Source of the DNA: Chloroflexota bacterium
GTDB lineage: Bacteria > Chloroflexota > Chloroflexia > Chloroflexales > Roseiflexaceae
Assembly (NCBI GenBank): GCA_041165505.1
Contig: JBEANH010000001.1
Span: 12,021 to 76,020 of the forward strand
DNA length: 64,000 bases
Direction of reading: 5' to 3'
This document shows, in pieces, positions 19,463 through 29,585 of this stretch; positions within the stretch are counted from its first letter, which is position 1; each line of letters opens with the position of its first letter. Below the pieces are notes generated by a model. The model ran no database searches. It was given only the letters and a program-made list of their open reading frames with translations, and was not told the origin of the DNA. The translations under genes and the position numbers were made by a program.

Positions 19463-20770
19463 TCACGTTGTCGGGGCATCACTTGTGGTCGGTGTTCGTC
19501 CTATTTTCAACACGATAAAGAGGAGTGCACCCAAAAAGTGGAGCCCGGCGGCAACGATGAGTGCGATGGTCGTCCCGATGCTCCGAGCCATGCCGGTGGC
19601 CAGGAGAGGCGCAAGTAGGCTGACTGTGAACATGACCATCTGATAGGCAGGCATGACTGCGGTGACCTGACCGGGAGGGCAGCTGTCGAGGAGTAAATCA
19701 ATCAGGACCAACTCGATTCCCGCCGTTGCAATACCCCAGACTACCGCCACATATAGCAGGGGCGTCATGCTCCCGACTAGTGCGGTGATGAGAGGATACG
19801 TACCAAGTGCGATGCTACACACCCACAGGATGGCAACACGTCCTTTGAGTCGAGTTGCAATGTATGTGCCCAGTGTATAACCAAACAATAGCGTGACACT
19901 TTGGATCATCGAAATCAGTCCGATGGTGCTATCGTCGGCGTTGAGTGTGCGAATCCAGTGCAGTGGAAAGAGTGGTACCGACATGGCAATACCAGCTTGA
20001 TAGACGGCTTGGCAAATGATGAATAGTCGAAAACTACGATATGTTTTCAGAAAGTAGACGATTTGTGAAAATGCCTTGCGAATTGACACTGGAGCGGCAT
20101 GTGTATCTCTGCGTTCGGCGGGGACTTCGTAGTTGCGTGCTGGAAAGAATGCAAAGACGGTGAAGAGCGATGATACACAGATTACCAGGGCATATGCAGA
20201 AAGGGGTGCATTACTCCCCAAATAGAGTCCTGCAACGTATACGGATATACCATTACACACCCCCAAAATAGACCACCGTAGACTCATCAACTGATAGCGA
20301 CGCGAAATATCTATGATTGAGCCCATGACCACATTGAATACGAGGGTTAGGGCGATTTGCGGGAGCGTGGATATCGCAGCAACTGCCACCATGATGATAA
20401 TTGCTAACTGCGCATCAAAGAAGAGTGGGATAATGCCAATGATGGGGTAACTGAGGAACAGGAGCAGGCGACTCCACGCATACCACGGCACCACATTGTT
20501 TGTTTTGCTGATGTACATACCGAGTGGTACGGCGAGGAGCAGCCCAGCAATCGCAGGCATAGACGAAAGTAGCCCGACGCTCAGTGGATCAGCTCCAAGG
20601 CGCGTAAGAAGTACCGGGATAAAGATGCGTACACCTTCGACGATACCAACGCCAAATCCGTCTAACATGCCACGCGTCATATTTCGATCGTCGCCTGTTT
20701 GGGGAGCATAGAACCATGACGGGGTTCCGAGGCGACGTGCTAATTGCGTGAATCGTGATTCCATGTACAA
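19463..20770 (-). CDS. MFS transporter
   Basis: 435 aa and about 12 predicted TM helices by hydrophobicity. Confidence 0.7.
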   Translation of the reverse strand: MYMESRFTQLARRLGTPSWFYAPQTGDDRNMTRGMLDGFGVGIVEGVRIFIPVLLTRLGADPLSVGLLSSMPAIAGLLLAVPLGMYISKTNNVVPWYAWSRLLLFLSYPIIGIIPLFFDAQLAIIIMVAVAAISTLPQIALTLVFNVVMGSIIDISRRYQLMSLRWSILGVCNGISVYVAGLYLGSNAPLSAYALVICVSSLFTVFAFFPARNYEVPAERRDTHAAPVSIRKAFSQIVYFLKTYRSFRLFIICQAVYQAGIAMSVPLFPLHWIRTLNADDSTIGLISMIQSVTLLFGYTLGTYIATRLKGRVAILWVCSIALGTYPLITALVGSMTPLLYVAVVWGIATAGIELVLIDLLLDSCPPGQVTAVMPAYQMVMFTVSLLAPLLATGMARSIGTTIALIVAAGLHFLGALLFIVLKIGRTPTTSDAPTT

Positions 20771-20803
20771 TCCTTAGTGCAACGGGTATAGGCATTATAT
20801 CAG

Positions 20804-21625
20804 GTGAAAAACGTGTCGCACACAGTAGATGTTGCCCATTACTACGACCGACTCACATCGCTCTTTCAGCGCGCAGGGTTTACAAAGCGGACTGGTGCGA
20901 TTCATCGTGTTGTCAAACCACCCGTTGACCTGCATCTTGATGGAGCAACACAAGACACGATACATGCGCTGGTGATTCGTGAACTCAGCGCACTGCCAGC
21001 ATGCGATGCAGTGGCCGATTTGGGGTGTGGTGTAGGGGCGAGTATGCAGGCGGTTGTAATGGCCCTGACGCCATCCACCCACGTAAGCGGCATCACGATT
21101 AGTCCGGTGCAAGCCACATGCGTACAGTCCGGCAGTGCCTTTGTGGCATCGTTTGATGCGTTGCCGTATGCGGATGCGTCACTTGCGGCAGTCTGGGCCA
21201 TCGAATCATTTGCTCATTGCCATAATCCAGCGCGCTTTTTTGCTGAAGTCGCGCGTGTGCTTCGCCCTGGCGGGCTGTGCATGATTTGTGATGACATGTT
21301 GGCTCCGAACCATGTGTCACCGTTTATTGCAGCCTTTCAGAATGGCTGGATGGTGCCAAACATTGCCACCTACGACACACATCAACAGCAGGCGACGCTG
21401 GCCGGGTTGCGCCTCTCCAAGCGCATTGATTTGAGTGACGGGCTTACCATTCGGGCACTGCCAGACTTGCTTGCGCAGTGGATTGTGGATGCAGTGCTCC
21501 CACGAGTACGCACACACCTGTTTCTGCGTTCTATGATAGGGAGCATGGCATTGCAGCAGTGCTACAAGCATCGTGCAATGCGCTATGAATTCGTGGTATT
21601 CGAGAAGTCGTATGCGTCGAAGTAA
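20804..21625 (+). CDS. Class I SAM-dependent methyltransferase
   Basis: 273 aa with motif I VADLGCGVG and post-I/II motifs (LRPGGL). GTG start; an alternative GTG lies at 20813. Confidence 0.75.
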   Translation: MKNVSHTVDVAHYYDRLTSLFQRAGFTKRTGAIHRVVKPPVDLHLDGATQDTIHALVIRELSALPACDAVADLGCGVGASMQAVVMALTPSTHVSGITISPVQATCVQSGSAFVASFDALPYADASLAAVWAIESFAHCHNPARFFAEVARVLRPGGLCMICDDMLAPNHVSPFIAAFQNGWMVPNIATYDTHQQQATLAGLRLSKRIDLSDGLTIRALPDLLAQWIVDAVLPRVRTHLFLRSMIGSMALQQCYKHRAMRYEFVVFEKSYASK

Positions 21626-22838
21626 TGCCCATCCGGTACGAGTGGTCGTGGTAGTGGGGGGGACACGTGGCGACGTACAGCCATTTGTGGTGCTTGCGCA
21701 TGCCTTGCAACAACAACAGGTGCCTGTGATGATTGCCGCACATGAGCGCTGGCGGTCATTGCTCGAGGCACAGCACATTGCGTGGTATCCCCTCCCCGAA
21801 GATCCTACTCATCTGTTGCTCAAACCCGCCTACCGCGCTGCCTTGAGTCTGCAACATGGCGTGGTGCGTGGAGTCTGGCACACCATACGATACTTGTGGG
21901 ATAGTCGGCGCAAGATGACCGCACTACTTGCTGCCGCAGATGCGCTCGCTGATGCGGATACGCTAGTGGTGGCAAGTCTGGCCACTCAATGGGCCATGCC
22001 TGCGCAGCACGGCATCTGGGCTCTGTTGCAACCAATTGTGCCCACCCGTGCATTTGCCTCGCCATTATGGCCGTGGCCGGGTAAACTGCTCGCCGCACGC
22101 TATACACATCAACTCATGAATTGGTTGGTCTGGCAACCCTGGCGCCGGGCTGGTGGCAGGCGAAATGGTGGACTACAGCACATCCAAGCACAACGCGCAC
22201 TGGTCGCTGTCTCACCCGTGGTATTGCCAGCATGGCCAGACCGGAATGCACTACACGAGCTGACAGGTGTCTGGCACAACGAAGACACGCGCCCACTACC
22301 GGCCCACGTGAGTGTATTTCTGAGTCGGGGTACGCCATTTGTGGTTATTACCATGGGGTCGCCTGGGCACAACGAACCACAGGCGTGGTTTCAACTCCTG
22401 TGTGATGCGGCACATGCTGCTGGTGTGGATGTAGTTCTGCACGCTCCCAAGTCGAATACGATTGATGCGCGTGATGGCGTGTGTGTGGTTACCGGTGATG
22501 TCAATCATCAGTCTTTATTCCGCGGAGCACAGGCCGTTATTCATCATGGTGGCGCAGGGACCTTTCATACTGCATGTGCTGTGGGCGTGCCTTCGTTGAT
22601 CATAGCGCGAGGCGTTGATCAACAATTCTGGGGGCAGCGTGCTGTCGAGTTGGGGATTGCACCGCGTTGGATTACACGCAATCGTGCAAAATTGAGTACA
22701 ATAACGGAGGCAATTGCAGATATGGTTGCGGATCCATCGTATCGGTATCAGGCGCGTAAAATCGCGCAGCAGATGGCGTCCGAACAAGGAGCACACCGGG
22801 CAGCACAGATCATTGCACAATACGTTCGCCGTTCGTAA
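21612..22838 (+). CDS. GT1-family glycosyltransferase (MGT / sterol-glucosyltransferase-like)
   Basis: Has the N-terminal GGTRGDVQPF and the C-terminal HHGGAGT...GVPS...DQ nucleotide-sugar motif. I chose the ATG at 21612, which overlaps the methyltransferase stop by 14 nt. Confidence 0.8.
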   Translation: MRRSNAHPVRVVVVVGGTRGDVQPFVVLAHALQQQQVPVMIAAHERWRSLLEAQHIAWYPLPEDPTHLLLKPAYRAALSLQHGVVRGVWHTIRYLWDSRRKMTALLAAADALADADTLVVASLATQWAMPAQHGIWALLQPIVPTRAFASPLWPWPGKLLAARYTHQLMNWLVWQPWRRAGGRRNGGLQHIQAQRALVAVSPVVLPAWPDRNALHELTGVWHNEDTRPLPAHVSVFLSRGTPFVVITMGSPGHNEPQAWFQLLCDAAHAAGVDVVLHAPKSNTIDARDGVCVVTGDVNHQSLFRGAQAVIHHGGAGTFHTACAVGVPSLIIARGVDQQFWGQRAVELGIAPRWITRNRAKLSTITEAIADMVADPSYRYQARKIAQQMASEQGAHRAAQIIAQYVRRS

Positions 22839-22872
22839 GTTTTATCCGCAGGATTTGTGACAAAGGTGTGTC

Positions 22873-24633
22873 ATGACGCAACGTGTAGCATTCCAACAAT
22901 ATCGTGATTTGTTATATACCTATTTCTGGCCACAACGCCGGCAGGTTGCAGTGTTAGTGGTACTCATCTTACTGGACAATGGTCTACAGTTGCTCGGTCC
23001 CAATCTGCTCGGGCAATTCGTGGATTCTGCGATTAATTCTGACGATAGTAGCCTGTTGCAACGACTCGGCGTCTACTATCTTGTTGTGATGATTTGTCGG
23101 CAAGTGGCGCGCTTGTTTGCGACGTATATGGGAGAAACCATTGGCTGGCGAGCATCGAATGCGTTGCGCTTTGATTTAGCACAACATACGATGGCGCTCG
23201 ACATGTCGTATCACAAACAACAAAATCCAGGCATCATGATCGAGCGCATAGATGGAGACGTGACTAGTCTCAATCGCTTTTTCTCACAGATGGTGTTGCA
23301 AATCGGTGGCAGTGTGTTGCTGTTGGTATCAACGGTTGGTGTCCTCTTTGCGCAAAATTGGCAACTCGGCGTCATGATGTTGGCGTTCATCGTTGTGGCC
23401 GCTACGATTCTGTATCTGTTGCGCAATGTGGCTGTCCCCTACTGGGAAGGTGGTCGTGAAGCGTCAGCGCAACTGTTCGGTTTCCTCGAAGAACGCCTTG
23501 CTGGCATGGAAGACATCCGTGGGTTGGGGTCGCGTGGGCACACGATGGCGCGTTTTGATCAACTCATGAAGCGCAAAAACCATTTTGACGTGCTTGGACG
23601 CGTCTATGGTGGCGTGACATGGATTGTGCCTGTTGGACTCGCCGCAGTGCTCTCGATTTTGATTTTGGGAATCGGTACACACCTCTATCTGACCAATCAA
23701 ATCGGCATCGGCTTGATTGTGATGACGCTCCTCTACGGTGAAATGGTGGTATGGCCAATCCGCACCATTGCACAAGAAATTGACCAGCTTCAACAGGCGA
23801 CAGCCGGCATCGTGCGGGTGGCAGAAATCATGGCAATCAAGTCGCGCCTCGTGGATGGTACCCACCAAATGCCCGCACAGGCCCCATCTGTTGTGTTTGA
23901 CAACATCACGTTTGCCTACCCCGACGAAGAAGCTGACAAACATCCCGTCTTGCGCAATGTGTCGTTCACCATTCCACCCCAAAAAGTCGTCGGGCTATTA
24001 GGGCGCACCGGAAGTGGGAAGAGTACACTCATTCGCTTGCTCTTCCGCTTGTACGACGTGAATGCCGGTGAAATTCGCTTTGATCAGCACCCCATCCGTG
24101 AGTTTACGTTGGCGTCGTTGCGCCAGCATGTGGGATTGGTCACGCAAGACGTGCAACTTTTTTATGCAACAGTCCGTGACAATCTCACGTTTTTCAACAA
24201 GGACATCAGTGATGATCGACTTTACGACGCGTTGCGCACACTCGGGTTGCAGCGTTGGCTCGAACAACAACCCGAAGGACTCGATACGCTGTTGATGGCC
24301 AATGGCGCAGTATCTGCAGGAGAAGCGCAGTTGATCGCATTAGCGCGTGTCTACCTCAAGCAACCACATGTGGTGATACTCGATGAGGCATCGGCGCGCA
24401 TTGATCCAGAAACAGAAAAGCTGGTGGAACGCGCCCTCGACACGGTGCTGGCCGGTAAAACGGCGATTATCATCGCACATCGGCTCCAAACGGTACGTCG
24501 GTGTGATTACATTGCCATCCTCGGTGATGGGCAACTCGTAGAATATGGTGCCGAAGCGGCATTGCGGAGCGATGAGCACAGCCGCTATGCGACGCTCTTG
24601 CGCACAGGTTCAGTAGAGGAAGAATTAGCATGA
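22873..24633 (+). CDS. ABC exporter half-transporter (TMD-NBD), degenerate-signature subunit
   Basis: 586 aa with a six-TM exporter domain. NBD motifs are Walker A GRTGSGKST, Walker B VVILDEAS and an H-loop AHR. The ABC signature reads VSAGE instead of LSGGQ. Confidence 0.9.
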   Translation: MTQRVAFQQYRDLLYTYFWPQRRQVAVLVVLILLDNGLQLLGPNLLGQFVDSAINSDDSSLLQRLGVYYLVVMICRQVARLFATYMGETIGWRASNALRFDLAQHTMALDMSYHKQQNPGIMIERIDGDVTSLNRFFSQMVLQIGGSVLLLVSTVGVLFAQNWQLGVMMLAFIVVAATILYLLRNVAVPYWEGGREASAQLFGFLEERLAGMEDIRGLGSRGHTMARFDQLMKRKNHFDVLGRVYGGVTWIVPVGLAAVLSILILGIGTHLYLTNQIGIGLIVMTLLYGEMVVWPIRTIAQEIDQLQQATAGIVRVAEIMAIKSRLVDGTHQMPAQAPSVVFDNITFAYPDEEADKHPVLRNVSFTIPPQKVVGLLGRTGSGKSTLIRLLFRLYDVNAGEIRFDQHPIREFTLASLRQHVGLVTQDVQLFYATVRDNLTFFNKDISDDRLYDALRTLGLQRWLEQQPEGLDTLLMANGAVSAGEAQLIALARVYLKQPHVVILDEASARIDPETEKLVERALDTVLAGKTAIIIAHRLQTVRRCDYIAILGDGQLVEYGAEAALRSDEHSRYATLLRTGSVEEELA

Positions 24634-26351
24634 CCATACAACCCACAATCACCACGCCCAACCAGATGCTGTGGCAGATGCTCCGTAAAGGGGGCTGGTG
24701 GTATGTCATTAATTTGGCTACTATCGTGTTCGTGCTCTTGATAGAACTGTTACCTGGATTTATCAATCGGGCCGTGCTCAACGATTTACAAGGAAATTCA
24801 CTGACGAGTATTCCCTGGTTGTTGTTGGGTGCCCTCGTAGGCATCACTGCAATGCGCATGATGCTCTTTGTGCTACTCACCTACACCAACCCTAAAACGC
24901 GTATTGCTTCGGAAAATGCGATGCGTCGTTCACTCCTTGGCCGCATTTTCCAGCAACCGGCGGTGGCTGCACTCAAAGGCTCTCCTGGCGAAATCGTGTC
25001 ACGTTTCCGTGACGATATCGGTGAACTCCCGCATACCGTACTCCATCTCAACGACATTATTGCGCTTTCATTGTTCGCGGTAGTGGCTTTTTATACGATG
25101 TATCAAATCGCCCCTTCGGCTACGCTCGTAATCATGCTCCCACTCGTCTTCATTGTGGCGGCAGCACGATTCACCTATGACCGCATCTATGTTTACCGTC
25201 AGGAACGCCGGCGCGCAACTGGTCGTGTAGTCGGTTTCATTGCTGAAACATTTGGTGCCATTCAAGCGGTACAAGTGGCAGGAACCGAACGGCACGTGTT
25301 GCGTCATTTCGCAGAACTCAACAAGGTGCGTGAAGTCGCCACACTCCGGGAAGTGCTCTTCGATGGCCTGTTGTCGTCGTTGTTTCGCAATGCGGTAGAC
25401 ATTGGTATTGCAGTGATGATGTTGATGTTGCATCAACAGGCCATCGGTGGTGAGTTCCGCGCCGGTGACGTGGCGTTTTTTGTCTACTCACTTGGTGCCA
25501 TCAGCGAATTACTCGGAGAACTCGGTGTGTTTATTGGTCGCCAGCAACAGTTGCGCGTATCCGTGCAACGCCTCGAGACCATTGGACACGGACTCCCTGC
25601 CGCCAAACTCTTTGACGAGAAACCGTTCCCTGCGTTCAAAGAACTCCCCCCACTACAGACATTGGCGATTCGCGATTTGTCCGTGCACTGGAAAAACGAT
25701 CAGTACGGTGTGCGTAATATTTCGCTGGACCTCGCTCCAGGACGACTGGTAGTGGTCACTGGAGTTGTGGGAGCTGGCAAAACAACGCTCCTCCGCGGCA
25801 TTTTGGGCATGTTACCCCGCGTGACCGGTGACATCTCCTGGAATAATTCGCGCATTGATGATCCCGATTTGCAACTCGTGCCACCGGCGGTCGCCTATAC
25901 GAGTCAGGTGCCACGCCTGTTTTCTGATACCGTCGAAGATAACATTACCCAAGGTCGCCAACTCTCGAACGTTGAACTCGATGCAGCCATTCACGGTGCC
26001 GTGTTCGAGTACGATGTCGCCCAATTCGAACATGGGGTGGCTACGCTGGTTGGTTCACGAGGTGTGCGTCTCTCAGGTGGACAAATCCAACGTGCCGCGT
26101 TTGCACGCATGCTCTATGAGCGCCCGCAGGTGTGGTTGATTGACGACGTTTCAAGTGCCCTCGACATCGTCACAGAGCAATTGCTCTGGCAGCGCTTTGG
26201 TGAGATTCGTAGCCAGGTAGCCTGTCTCATCGTCACACATCGGCCACAGGTCATGGCAATGGCTGATGAAATCATCGTTCTAAAAGATGGCCAAGTACAG
26301 GCTCGTGGGAGTTACGCAGATCTAATTGCACGCGGGCAGCTGACGCACTAA
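24630..26351 (+). CDS. ABC exporter half-transporter (TMD-NBD), degenerate Walker B subunit
   Basis: 573 aa with Walker A GVVGAGKTT and a canonical LSGGQ signature. In Walker B (WLIDDVS) the catalytic Glu is replaced by Asp. ATGA overlap with the partner gene. Confidence 0.9.
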   Translation: MTIQPTITTPNQMLWQMLRKGGWWYVINLATIVFVLLIELLPGFINRAVLNDLQGNSLTSIPWLLLGALVGITAMRMMLFVLLTYTNPKTRIASENAMRRSLLGRIFQQPAVAALKGSPGEIVSRFRDDIGELPHTVLHLNDIIALSLFAVVAFYTMYQIAPSATLVIMLPLVFIVAAARFTYDRIYVYRQERRRATGRVVGFIAETFGAIQAVQVAGTERHVLRHFAELNKVREVATLREVLFDGLLSSLFRNAVDIGIAVMMLMLHQQAIGGEFRAGDVAFFVYSLGAISELLGELGVFIGRQQQLRVSVQRLETIGHGLPAAKLFDEKPFPAFKELPPLQTLAIRDLSVHWKNDQYGVRNISLDLAPGRLVVVTGVVGAGKTTLLRGILGMLPRVTGDISWNNSRIDDPDLQLVPPAVAYTSQVPRLFSDTVEDNITQGRQLSNVELDAAIHGAVFEYDVAQFEHGVATLVGSRGVRLSGGQIQRAAFARMLYERPQVWLIDDVSSALDIVTEQLLWQRFGEIRSQVACLIVTHRPQVMAMADEIIVLKDGQVQARGSYADLIARGQLTH

Positions 26352-26366
26352 AAAAGGAGGGGATGC

Positions 26367-27257
26367 ATGGCACATTATGGCGTAGTGGAAACTGGTGGCA
26401 CCAAAATGGTGTGTGCCATTGTCGGCGGGCCCGACGATGTGCGTGACGAAGTGCGCTTTCCTACGACTACACCCCAAGAAAACATTCCGCAGATTATCGA
26501 ATATCTGCGTACGCATCATGCGCAAACGCCGTTGACGGCTGTGGGGATTGGCTCGTTTGGCCCAATTGTGCTTGACCGCACTGATCCCAACTACGGATGT
26601 GTGGCGCCCACCACCAAGCCAGGTTGGAGTGGCGCGCCGGTGGTTGCGCCAATCCAGGCGGCACTGGGCATTCCGGTGGGTTTTGATTTGGATGTAACCA
26701 CCGCAGGCCTCGGTGAACTTGAGTGGGGCGCTGGTGTCGGTTTGGAACACATCGTTTACTACACCATCGGCACCGGCATAGGCGCAGGTGTAATTAGTCG
26801 TGGACAGCCGCTTGCCTGTATGGCGCATCCCGAAGCCGGGCATCAACGCATTTCACGCCACCCACAGGACGAATTCCCCGGTTTTTGTGTGTTCCACGAT
26901 GACTGTCTTGAAGGGCTCGCGTGTGGACCGTCCATCGAAAAACGTTGGAGCGTCAAAGCACACTTATTGCCGCCCGATCATCAGGCATGGGTGTTCGAGG
27001 CTGATTATGTGGCACAAGCCGTCATGAATACCATTTTGTTTGTGTCGCCACAACGTATCATTCTCGGTGGCGGCGTAATGGAGCAACTCCACCTCTTCCC
27101 CATGATTCGTCGCCGTGTCATCGAGCGCCTCAACGGCTACATCAATCTTGACGCAATCACCAAGCGTATTGACGAATATATTGTGCCACCGGCATTGGGC
27201 AACCGCGCCGGAATGTTGGGTGCGCTCGTGCTCGCCATGCGTGCTTCTGGGCAGTAA
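26367..27257 (+). CDS. ROK-family sugar kinase (fructokinase/Mak-like)
   Basis: 296 aa with the N-terminal ETGGTKM motif and an FHDDCLEGLACG zinc motif typical of Mak/fructokinase-type ROK kinases. AGGAGG RBS. Confidence 0.75.
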   Translation: MAHYGVVETGGTKMVCAIVGGPDDVRDEVRFPTTTPQENIPQIIEYLRTHHAQTPLTAVGIGSFGPIVLDRTDPNYGCVAPTTKPGWSGAPVVAPIQAALGIPVGFDLDVTTAGLGELEWGAGVGLEHIVYYTIGTGIGAGVISRGQPLACMAHPEAGHQRISRHPQDEFPGFCVFHDDCLEGLACGPSIEKRWSVKAHLLPPDHQAWVFEADYVAQAVMNTILFVSPQRIILGGGVMEQLHLFPMIRRRVIERLNGYINLDAITKRIDEYIVPPALGNRAGMLGALVLAMRASGQ

Positions 27258-27278
27258 TTTGACCAAAGGAGTCCACCG

Positions 27279-28400
27279 ATGTATTTCTGCAAAGACGATT
27301 TTATTGGAATCAACGCGGTGGCACACCTGGCCGCAGGTGGGGAAACTCCGCAACTGAAAAGCCACATGGCAGCCATGGCACAGTTTGCCAACGACAAAGC
27401 ATTGGGGATGCCAGGACGTGACCGTTTCTTTGCGGTGCGCCAGCGGGTTGCCACGCAGCTTGCCCACATGCTCAATGTGCCCGCAGCTGATATTGGATTT
27501 GTTGGGAGTAGTTCGGCAGGGATGATTCAGGTGGTCACTGCATTGCAGTGGCAAGATGCCGATGAAGTGGTGGTCGTTGACGACGAATACCCGAGCGGTC
27601 GCTATCTGTTTGCTTGGTTGGCACGCTTTGGCGTTCGGGTGCGCTTTCCCGCCTATCATCCCGATCCCGACGTTGAGGCAGCGAACATCGAGTCTGCACT
27701 GACTCCCCGTACACGGCTCGTGTATGTGAGTCATGTGAGTACACGGACAGGCCGCCGTATTGATATCCAACGTATCTGCGCCGCAGCTCATCGTGTGGGT
27801 GCCAAAGTGCTCGTAGATGCGACGCATTCGTTGGGGATTGTTCCCGTGGATGCATCGCACGTGGATTTTTTGGTGTGTAGTGGTTACAAGTGGCTGTTGG
27901 GTACGCATCTTGGAATTGTGGTGTGGAATCGTACGCTTGATGCTCATTTGCATCCACCGGTGGGGTGGCGTTCGGGGATTCCAGGGAAGACTCCAGATGC
28001 GTACCAGTTGCACGATGATGCGGCCCGGCTTGAAGTCGGTAACCCGAATTTTCTCGATCTCTATATCATGGAAAATGCACTCGCATACCATACGCGTGTT
28101 TCTATACACGACATCGCAGCGTATGCGCTATCTCAGGGTGACGTGTTGCTCGCTATGCTCCAGCATCATGCGGATGTGTTGACCCCTACTGCGCCGATGC
28201 ATCGTGCGGGGAATATTTGTATTGCAACCGCACATGCACCAATGATTGTGAAACGTGCAGCAGAACAAGGTGTCATTATCTGGGGTGATGCAGATTTACA
28301 TCGTGTACGCCTCTCGGTCCATGCATATGTCACTCCTGCTGACGTGATAAAAGCAGGTGAAGTTGTTGTAGATTCGTTACAATTCCTTAACAAAAAATAA
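27279..28400 (+). CDS. Class V PLP-dependent aminotransferase/desulfurase-like enzyme
   Basis: 373 aa with the PLP-lysine context SGYKWLLG and DATHSLG. AAGGAG RBS. Confidence 0.7.
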   Translation: MYFCKDDFIGINAVAHLAAGGETPQLKSHMAAMAQFANDKALGMPGRDRFFAVRQRVATQLAHMLNVPAADIGFVGSSSAGMIQVVTALQWQDADEVVVVDDEYPSGRYLFAWLARFGVRVRFPAYHPDPDVEAANIESALTPRTRLVYVSHVSTRTGRRIDIQRICAAAHRVGAKVLVDATHSLGIVPVDASHVDFLVCSGYKWLLGTHLGIVVWNRTLDAHLHPPVGWRSGIPGKTPDAYQLHDDAARLEVGNPNFLDLYIMENALAYHTRVSIHDIAAYALSQGDVLLAMLQHHADVLTPTAPMHRAGNICIATAHAPMIVKRAAEQGVIIWGDADLHRVRLSVHAYVTPADVIKAGEVVVDSLQFLNKK

Positions 28401-28524
28401 TGATATTCCTGTGTGAAAAGAGGCAAAAGTGCTGATGAATATCATTGATAACACATCCACGCCGGTGTGTCATGTGGTGTTTTGTGCGATAGTGCGCAAA
28501 AATATAGTACACAGAATTTCATAT

Positions 28525-28553
28525 TTGCATGGATTGCAGACAAGCGGTATAGT
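28525..28553 (+). promoter_or_regulatory. Sigma70-like promoter TTGCAT-17-TATAGT
   Basis: The hexamers have exact 17-nt spacing. A GAGGAGGAGG RBS and the ATG at 28571 follow. Confidence 0.45.
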
Positions 28554-28570
28554 TAGTATGAGGAGGAGGC

Positions 28571-29134
28571 ATGACACACCAACAAGACCAATCGCTTGAT
28601 CCATTCTCATCAGAGGGGATGCCCACGATACCCCTACGGCCTTTGAAATCTTCCACTCATATCAATCGTGTCTATGGCACGGTGATTGCGGTGCTTGTGC
28701 TCTGTGTTGCAATTGGTGCCGAGCAGTTAACCACGTTCACCGTGAATGTCGTTGTACCTCAACTCGTCATTCTCTTGGGCATCTGCTTACTGGCATTCGT
28801 TTTTGCTGTCGTTCGGCGAATTTACTGGCTCTCTGTTTTTTCACTTGCAGTTGCGGGAATTGGTATCGCGTTACCGTGGTTGCCTACGTTTGGGGGAGCC
28901 ATCGTCGGTCTCAGTATCGGTCTGAGTTTCTTATTCATCTATGCGGTCATTCGCATCTGGTTTGATCGTCACGAAAATTGGCCTTTTGCCATGTCTGCTA
29001 TCGCCACCTTCTACGCGTTGCTCGCGTTGCTATCACGTAATTTCGCATGGCCTTCGTTCTATGTGATGTCGTTGGTGCTTGTGGTTGTTACGTTGTTGTT
29101 CGCAGTACAATTACGTCGGCAGAGCGTTATTTAA
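28571..29134 (+). CDS. Integral membrane protein, unknown function
   Basis: 187 aa with 4-5 hydrophobic helices, a very strong RBS and a terminator immediately downstream. Confidence 0.6.
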   Translation: MTHQQDQSLDPFSSEGMPTIPLRPLKSSTHINRVYGTVIAVLVLCVAIGAEQLTTFTVNVVVPQLVILLGICLLAFVFAVVRRIYWLSVFSLAVAGIGIALPWLPTFGGAIVGLSIGLSFLFIYAVIRIWFDRHENWPFAMSAIATFYALLALLSRNFAWPSFYVMSLVLVVVTLLFAVQLRRQSVI

Positions 29135-29141
29135 ATCACAC

Positions 29142-29184
29142 AAAAAACCACCACGCGCAGTTTGTTGCGCGTGGTGGTTTTTTT
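29142..29184. terminator. Bidirectional rho-independent terminator
   Basis: A6-CCACCACGCGCA / TGCGCGTGGTGG-T7 hairpin between convergent genes. Confidence 0.85.
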
Positions 29185-29189
29185 GTGCG

Positions 29190-29585
29190 TTACTGCATCA
29201 GCTGTTGATGCACAACTTTGATGCACGAATCGGTGATTACGGTGATGCCGTGTTGTGAAGCGCGTGCCTCGGCTTCGGCATGATGAATATCAAGTTGGAG
29301 CCATAACACGGGTGCCGCAATTGCAATCGTATCGTCAACGATAGCAGGCACCGCATTTGACTCGCGGAACACGTTGACCACATCAATGTGGTCCTGCACG
29401 TCACGCAATGACGGGAGTGCCACTTCACCAAGCACACTCGTTTCCCGTGGGTTAATCGGGATAATCCGGTATCCGTGCGCTTGTAAGTAACTTGCCACCT
29501 GGAAGCTCGCCCGGTCAGGCTTGGCAGATAGTCCAACCACGGCGATAGTGCGACTGCGTGTCAAAACATCACGAATGTGGTTCAT
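29190..29585 (-). CDS. CoA-binding domain protein (YccU/YneT-like)
   Basis: 131 aa with the IAVVGLS...INP pattern of the CoA_binding_2 family. Its ATG directly abuts the upstream stop (TAAATG). Confidence 0.75.
   Translation of the reverse strand: MNHIRDVLTRSRTIAVVGLSAKPDRASFQVASYLQAHGYRIIPINPRETSVLGEVALPSLRDVQDHIDVVNVFRESNAVPAIVDDTIAIAAPVLWLQLDIHHAEAEARASQHGITVITDSCIKVVHQQLMQ

Noticed and set aside
26964-28109. A 381-aa minus-strand ORF.
   Set aside because: It is antisense to the well-supported ROK kinase and class V aminotransferase genes, has His/Cys/Arg-rich low-complexity translation and has no RBS. This is a typical shadow ORF.
28436-28552. A 38-codon sORF (MNIIDNTSTPVCHVV...) in the AT-rich gap before the membrane-protein gene.
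   Set aside because: It has no convincing RBS and overlaps the predicted TTGCAT-17-TATAGT promoter. Its composition looks like intergenic sequence.
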